Made by a program: the position numbers and the translations under genes
From: Amoebophrya sp. A120
Lineage: Eukaryota; Protista; Dinoflagellata
Direction of reading: 5' to 3'
Assembly: GCA_905178155.1 (NCBI GenBank)
Contig: CAJINV010000003.1
Span: forward strand, 1,731,557-1,795,556
Length of the DNA stretch: 64,000 nucleotides
Shown here: positions 58,236-64,000 of the stretch, piece by piece
Position numbering within the stretch: position 1 is the stretch's first letter
Layout: each line of letters starts with the position of its first letter
The notes under the pieces: model-generated
What the model was told of the DNA's origin: nothing
The model's input: only the letters and a program-made list of their open reading frames with translations
Database searches by the model: none

Positions 58236-58981
58236 TTACGAGTAGGAGTAAGAAGGAGTTGCGTCTTCAGATATGAACCCGGTGCGGTCGTAGTCGAAGG
58301 AATCTGTAGGCAATCGTGGAATTCGTGTCAAATACCCAAATGGGCTGATCGCGTGTCAACCACAAGTAGCCGTGGAGGACCACAACAACTTCAAAGAGAA
58401 GAAAGCGTTTCAGCTTCTTGCTCCTCTCTTCACGAACACGACTACTGGAAACGAAAGAAACAAAATGTGAAAATTTCTTGGTAATGCCCACGCTCACGCA
58501 AAATAAGAGCAAGACAAGATGATGATGATCAAGAAAGTACGAGGACAAATAAAGGTGAGGGTATTGAGGCAGTGGAAACTCGTCTGATCTTCACTTTGGT
58601 CTGGTTTCTTATTCTTGATCATGAGTAGGTAAGATCCTTGACCTTGATGCTCCGGAGTTACAGGCTTGCTTTTCACGCAAAAAAAAAAACTGACGTGCAA
58701 AACTTGATCCGCTATCAGCCACTTTGCCAGCTGCGGCAGAGAGGAAACGGCATCCAAAACCGCAAGAACACTTGGAAGAAAACCTCTGTCGCGGACGAGG
58801 GTTTGGCCATTGGGGGCATCAGGATGGATGCATGAAGCAATCAAGCTTCTATCCAAGGAGCACCGAAGATATATTTATAACTGGGCACAAGGATCATGAT
58901 GCGCGCCGCATTCACTACAGGTTGAAGTTGTCGACATCGAGCAGGAGCATGCGGCAGCAAGGATCGCGTTCTGCTACACAT

Positions 58982-61900
58982 CTAGTACCCCGGTGGATCT
59001 GTCTGCACACGGTGTTGAAACTCAATAGCAATTTGCTCCAGATCGAGTCGCTTCATGAGCTCCCGCTCCCAGACGTAAGCGCGCTGCTGGTGCACGAGCT
59101 GCTTCAAAGCGCTTTCCTTGCCAACAAGACTATCGTAGTCCACGTAGCAATACTTTCCGACTCTCTGGTTCCAGCTCAACGGCCGGTCCGCGGGACAAGT
59201 GGCAGGTTCCGCAGTTTCGTCGCCTTCGCCAGCAACAGCGGAGGTAGAAGAGGAACTACGGCAGGTACTCGCGAAGTCCGACGCTTGCCGCCCGTAGTGT
59301 TGCATTTGGTAGTCCGAGAGGTGGATGTACGCTGCTGACTGCGAGTACGCCAACCGGAAATCGACTAAGAAATCCTCGACGTTGATATCATACACGCGGG
59401 TATGAAGCTGCTCATCCTCCGTCGACGAACCTGCCACCGCATCCTCCTCAACTGGTCGGCGAGACGTCAGCCCCCGAAACCTCGACGGGGCCAAGTTAAG
59501 GGAGTGGAGAAAGCTGAAAAAACCGCTGCGATCGTAGTGGCCATGAACATCCGGTGGATACAACAACATGACGATGGCATGTTCCGGCATGAAGGCGGCA
59601 TACTGCAGCGTCGCCTTTGTCAAAGTAGTCACATACACAGCACACTGGGAGAAAATCTGCATTCTTCGCGACAAAGAAGCACCACTACTCGACGTCCCGC
59701 TCTTGTTAGCTGCAGAAGGAACTGCTCCTGCACCAGCGGCAAGAGCATCTCCTTGCGTCAAATCTATTAGCTGCGATTTGGCCGGCGCAATGAAGAAGTA
59801 GTGACCGTCAGGATCGTGCAAGAGCGAGAGATGGTTCTGAATAACGTCGCGAACCTGTTTCTGTGCGACAGCGGAAATCCGGTACGCCGTGTCTTGCGGA
59901 TTTGAAGTCCCTGCACCTTCACAACGATCCGGATCATGGCCTTCCAACCGGCAACTACCCGGCGTTAAGTCGAGTACCACCTGCATCCTGCGGAAGCCCT
60001 CGTCAACGTATCCGGCCTTGGAAAGGTACGCGCGCCAGTAGTGAGCATCGCGCATGCCGCTGGCGGGAAAATGGTATCTGTATTTTTCTCGCGGTTCATC
60101 TTCTTTCCGCTCGTCCTGCTGCTCCGACATCTCTGCTGTCGTCTCAGGTCCTCTGCCAGAACTCGAATCACCGGCGAAAACCAGACGGGCCCGCGACTCG
60201 AATTGGATCTCTCGCATTATCGTCGTAGACGGACCGGCGGCGCTTTGGCTTTGCTCATGATTCTGAAGAGAAAAAAGCTGGATCTCCTCGCCTGTCTCAC
60301 CTGCGGAGATCAAGTGTGTCTTTGAATCTTCTTCAGCTGCACGACCACATGTAGCAGTGTCTTTCCTCAGACCCTCCACGCCGTCATCATCTTTGGCTTC
60401 CCCGCCGCCCGCCTTGTGTCGCGCCAATCGGTCGACTAGAGCTTCTGCGCTGACTCTTCCTGAAAGGTTACGTAACAAAACGTCATCCCGAAAGCGAGGA
60501 AGCAAGATTTTGTTTTCTTCCGTGACACTGCTGGCGTCTCTCGATCGGGACCGATAAACGACTACGGTCACGGCACGCCGTTTCTGGTGCACAAAAATCT
60601 TCACAAGAGTGGAAAATTCCGCAAGCTTCTGCCCGGCACACATTTCGAACAGTACACGGGAGGACTCCGAAGTCGAAGTGTTTCGTGTTACATCTTCATC
60701 TGCAACCGCATCTGTCTCGCTTATTGGTGTTGACGTGACCTCCGCATCTTCGTCCCGCACCTCTTCAATGAGCACCAGCGACCGCCAAGATCGAACATTG
60801 TGCCGCATTCGCGCACGAAACATGCCGTAAAGATCTGCGAAAAGGTCCCACGAAGAGGTGCTGTAGGAGTTTGGCTTTTGCGACTGTCGTCGATGCGTGA
60901 AAAGAACGAGGCCTGCAAGGCCAATATGCTGCTCGGCAGGTACTAGCTTGTGCAGATCGGTATCCAGGTCTATTGCGCACTCAGGCCTTGAACCTATTGC
61001 GCTTGTGGTCATCGAAGCCTCTGTGCGAGTGCCTCCGTCCGAGTTGTTCGATAGCGCACTGTTTGTACGAGGTTCAAATTCCTCCATCCCGAGCTGCTGC
61101 AGGACTTGGGTCAAGCTTATGCGGACTGTCCCGCTTTGCGGCGCTGGGTCCAATCTACAAAGTGGGGTGGGGCTCCAGTCTGCAGTAGAGCACTGCCGCT
61201 TTGCCTGGCCGTCATGATGGATGTCGGAGCGAGCTTCTCGGAAGAAAAAAGTGGACAATGGTGATGCCGTAGGTCGTGCTGGGTCATAATCTTCTCCTCC
61301 AAAACTAGCACTTTGGCGCAGACTTACGCTCCTTCCCCTTTCAATGTCCTTGCCTCGTCCGCTCCCGTCTCCTCCAGCACTGTCTTCATGCAGGAAAGCT
61401 GCAGGCCAGAGATCTTGAAACTTTCGCATAAAACGGTCCGGGTCCAGCACATAGCTGCAGTGACGCATGAGAAATTCGTAGTGGGGTCCCGTGCGAATGG
61501 ACAAGATTCCGGCGCTCACATTCATGACACTCCATACCTCGGAGTGCACCCAGGGGTACATCAGTTTGTGTGCGTGCCGCCCGGGATGCGTCAGGTCGCA
61601 GAGCGGTTCCAAAGACTTGATCTCGCTACCGCTAGGAAGGTGTCGTTTCTCGTCTTGGTTGTTGTACAGCCGCAGCGGCATGGCTACTCGGTCCACCTGA
61701 ACCTCGCGGAACACCGCAGAATTTGTCGTTCCATAGTAGGTTTCCAGCATGGTTTTCTCCGGATACAACAGGAGCACCATCGCGTCTTTGGGCATGAAGG
61801 CCATCCAGGCGCTGGCTTGCCCAAACACGTGCACCAAGAGACCCGCGCCCGCGAACAAGGCCAGCTGTTCTTCGAAGGGTTCGTAACCGTAGTGGATCTT

Positions 61901-64000
61901 CAGCTGCGTGCCACTAGTTGTACCGGTTCTCGTACTTTCTTGGCTCTCGTCGCCTTTCCTTTTGCCTCGGAGAAAATCCCGCACTCGCTCGAGGATCTCG
62001 TCCTGGTTCACGATCTCCCGTCCAAAGCGAATCCGGGATTCTGGCGCTGTTGCAATCCTCGCGCGCTTTCCGTCGTAATTGACAGCTGACGCTTTTATTT
62101 CAGCTTTTGGTTCTTGTGCCTGAGGAGCCTGAGCAGCTCCGCTTTGATTATCGTTTTCGTCTAGTCCTCCTCCCTTGCCAGAAGTTGAAGTGCGCTCCTT
62201 GTACTGTGCCTGGCTCTCGCGCAGCGAAAAAAGAACGTGAAACCGCCCCTGCTGCAGACCCGGAAAGAATGCTTGCAACATTTGTCGCCAGAGGTCGCCG
62301 TCTCGCGGCCCCGAGGCAGTGATGGAACCAGTTCCGGGAAAATGAACTCTTCCGTCGAAACAGGAATGTAAACGGTGGAGGTCGTGCGCTTGGTGTAACT
62401 TTTCCACCACAGGATAAAGTGGCTGGCTCCTTCCTTCTTGATGTTCGGATGTGCGGGCGGTGGCATAATTATCGCTTTGGTCACGCTGATGTTCATTGGC
62501 GTCTTCTGTATCCTCCTCTGGTTGAGGAGGGCGAACGAAGAGCACGAACTCGCTAGGTAAAGATGCGTTCGCGTGGTTTTCCTTTTCGCCTTTGTCTTCG
62601 CGGCCCCCTGGACCAACACTTTCGTCCACGTTCTCCGACAAGTACAGAAGAGACATCCGCATCGGTTTACCCGAAGAGTCGACGTCGGCAACTCGAGCAT
62701 GATGGGACTCTTCCTGGAACGTTCGGAGCGCGTCTTGGACACCGGCCTGCGTGTAAACGTCGAAAAACACTTTTTCGAAAAAAGAGTCGTACAACGTATT
62801 TGTGCTACGAGACGACCGCGCGGGTTCTCCTGCGTCGCCTTGTTTAATGTCACGGTAGTACACGACGCGCCCCCCGTCGTTCAATATTTTTACCAACCGG
62901 CGCGTTTCTAGCGAGATAAAGGTCGAGAAAACCATGCGCAGGATCTTCTGGTTGACCTCGGTCTGCCGCGTCCAGGCACCCGCGGGGTCGGCGAAAACGA
63001 TGCTTTCGAATGATGCTTCCTTCGTGCTGAGATAAAAGACACCGTAGAGCAGCTCCAGTACGTGCCAAATGTTGGTCACCACGTTTCCGGATGGCAGTTC
63101 CAGCGTGCTCGAGAAAATCAACGTGTTCATCTTATTCGCTGCACTTTGTGCTTGATCATGCTCCTCGCTTTTAATACCGGAGGTCTTCGTCTTACTCGTG
63201 TCCCTACTCCGACGTCGGAGAAGTCTCCAGCCGTAGGCGATGTTCTTCCAGGTGAAGTCCCACGTGAAGCCGCGCGGGAAGTCGAAGCCAATGCTTTTCT
63301 CGAGTGCGTGCACCGTCCGAGGATTCGCGCGAGTATCCCAAGTCGGCGTAGACCGCCAGGGCGCTAGCAAAAGCTGCCCGAAATAGTTCATGCTCTTATT
63401 TTTGTTCTTTCCTCGCCCAGCTGCAGCAGACGTGGTCTTTGTAGCATCGAAAGCTGCGTCGGCATGGTGTCTCTCGTCAGAATCTTCAGCATACATGAGC
63501 ATGCGATTGCTGTGCGTGAGGCACATGCCGTCGTGGACGCACGATTGCCTTCCCAAGGAGGATATTTCGCAGTTCGGGGAGACCCGGGCCTGTTCGAAGA
63601 CAGGAGCAGCAGCCTTCTGTAGCGGTTGGGCTTTATTTGTTTCAGATGAAGCCAAAGGTGATGTCGTCGTACCATCCTGCCGTATTGCTTCTTCAGCTGC
63701 ACTGTGATTCAATGTAGACGAAAACGAATCCACGCCTTGTTCCTCTTCCTCAACCGCTTGTACTTGATCGAAATGCCAGCGAGGCGTTCTCGTGCTAGAC
63801 TTTTTGGCCGCAAAGTTCCCCGAGTTGTTGCCCTCCGCACTATAATCGCTCACCGATGTACTTGTTGTTGTTGTTAGGCCGTACAAGTCGAAGCGGTCGG
63901 TTTGTGTTTTCGGGAGTCCGCAGCAGAAATCCAGGTGAATATCGGGGCGCACCCAGAGCGCGTTGGGGTAGTGGATGGCATACCACCGCTCGACCCCGGC
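58982..64000 (-). CDS. Large protein with two glycosyltransferase family 61 (DUF563)-like segments, probably 5'-truncated by the window edge
   Basis: ORF of 1656 aa or more. FEEQLALFAGAGLLVHVFGQASAWMAFMPKDAMVLLLYP and MQIFSQCAVYVTTLTKATLQYAAFMPEHAIVMLLYP resemble the GT61 'Q..LF..A..LV..HGA.L....FM' signature. Confidence 0.7.
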   Translation of the reverse strand, partial: AGVERWYAIHYPNALWVRPDIHLDFCCGLPKTQTDRFDLYGLTTTTSTSVSDYSAEGNNSGNFAAKKSSTRTPRWHFDQVQAVEEEEQGVDSFSSTLNHSAAEEAIRQDGTTTSPLASSETNKAQPLQKAAAPVFEQARVSPNCEISSLGRQSCVHDGMCLTHSNRMLMYAEDSDERHHADAAFDATKTTSAAAGRGKNKNKSMNYFGQLLLAPWRSTPTWDTRANPRTVHALEKSIGFDFPRGFTWDFTWKNIAYGWRLLRRRSRDTSKTKTSGIKSEEHDQAQSAANKMNTLIFSSTLELPSGNVVTNIWHVLELLYGVFYLSTKEASFESIVFADPAGAWTRQTEVNQKILRMVFSTFISLETRRLVKILNDGGRVVYYRDIKQGDAGEPARSSRSTNTLYDSFFEKVFFDVYTQAGVQDALRTFQEESHHARVADVDSSGKPMRMSLLYLSENVDESVGPGGREDKGEKENHANASLPSEFVLFVRPPQPEEDTEDANEHQRDQSDNYATARTSEHQEGRSQPLYPVVEKLHQAHDLHRLHSCFDGRVHFPGTGSITASGPRDGDLWRQMLQAFFPGLQQGRFHVLFSLRESQAQYKERTSTSGKGGGLDENDNQSGAAQAPQAQEPKAEIKASAVNYDGKRARIATAPESRIRFGREIVNQDEILERVRDFLRGKRKGDESQESTRTGTTSGTQLKIHYGYEPFEEQLALFAGAGLLVHVFGQASAWMAFMPKDAMVLLLYPEKTMLETYYGTTNSAVFREVQVDRVAMPLRLYNNQDEKRHLPSGSEIKSLEPLCDLTHPGRHAHKLMYPWVHSEVWSVMNVSAGILSIRTGPHYEFLMRHCSYVLDPDRFMRKFQDLWPAAFLHEDSAGGDGSGRGKDIERGRSVSLRQSASFGGEDYDPARPTASPLSTFFFREARSDIHHDGQAKRQCSTADWSPTPLCRLDPAPQSGTVRISLTQVLQQLGMEEFEPRTNSALSNNSDGGTRTEASMTTSAIGSRPECAIDLDTDLHKLVPAEQHIGLAGLVLFTHRRQSQKPNSYSTSSWDLFADLYGMFRARMRHNVRSWRSLVLIEEVRDEDAEVTSTPISETDAVADEDVTRNTSTSESSRVLFEMCAGQKLAEFSTLVKIFVHQKRRAVTVVVYRSRSRDASSVTEENKILLPRFRDDVLLRNLSGRVSAEALVDRLARHKAGGGEAKDDDGVEGLRKDTATCGRAAEEDSKTHLISAGETGEEIQLFSLQNHEQSQSAAGPSTTIMREIQFESRARLVFAGDSSSGRGPETTAEMSEQQDERKEDEPREKYRYHFPASGMRDAHYWRAYLSKAGYVDEGFRRMQVVLDLTPGSCRLEGHDPDRCEGAGTSNPQDTAYRISAVAQKQVRDVIQNHLSLLHDPDGHYFFIAPAKSQLIDLTQGDALAAGAGAVPSAANKSGTSSSGASLSRRMQIFSQCAVYVTTLTKATLQYAAFMPEHAIVMLLYPPDVHGHYDRSGFFSFLHSLNLAPSRFRGLTSRRPVEEDAVAGSSTEDEQLHTRVYDINVEDFLVDFRLAYSQSAAYIHLSDYQMQHYGRQASDFASTCRSSSSTSAVAGEGDETAEPATCPADRPLSWNQRVGKYCYVDYDSLVGKESALKQLVHQQRAYVWERELMKRLDLEQIAIEFQHRVQTDPPGY

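Noticed and set aside
382-64000. Stop-codon reassignment as reported for one Amoebophrya strain
   Set aside because: Long ORFs and conserved domains translate cleanly with the standard code once introns are removed.

Overview
Eukaryotic nuclear DNA in which all 14 protein-coding genes or ORFs I can support lie on the minus strand. This unidirectional cluster, together with transposon-like non-canonical introns, points to a syndinian dinoflagellate such as Amoebophrya (inference, not a database result). Recognisable products are a class I SAM methyltransferase, a PTPMT1-like dual-specificity phosphatase, an FkbM-like protein, a cytochrome-b5-fused acyl-CoA dehydrogenase, a glycolipid transfer protein, a tandem USP protein, proteasome Rpn8, an RS/CCCH protein and a large GT61-like glycosyltransferase. 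The dominant hidden structure is a set of 15 short (about 125-380 bp) insertions in coding exons. They share TAT...ATA terminal inverted repeats (one end of two copies reads CAT or GAT) and 5-bp target duplications, most carry a GCATnACAA motif, and they occur in both orientations. Most lack usable GT-AG ends, yet removing the element plus one duplicate restores the reading frame in every case. A 4.4-kb foldback element with about 930-bp arms, the same termini and the same motif interrupts another gene in the same way. An intact-looking tRNA gene with an AAA anticodon, a C1:G72/A73 acceptor and a 101-nt branched insert sits inside a canonical intron. There is also a degenerate LINE-like insertion with an 18-bp duplication and an extremely GC-rich palindromic island. 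Exon boundaries were inferred by eye and need RNA evidence.
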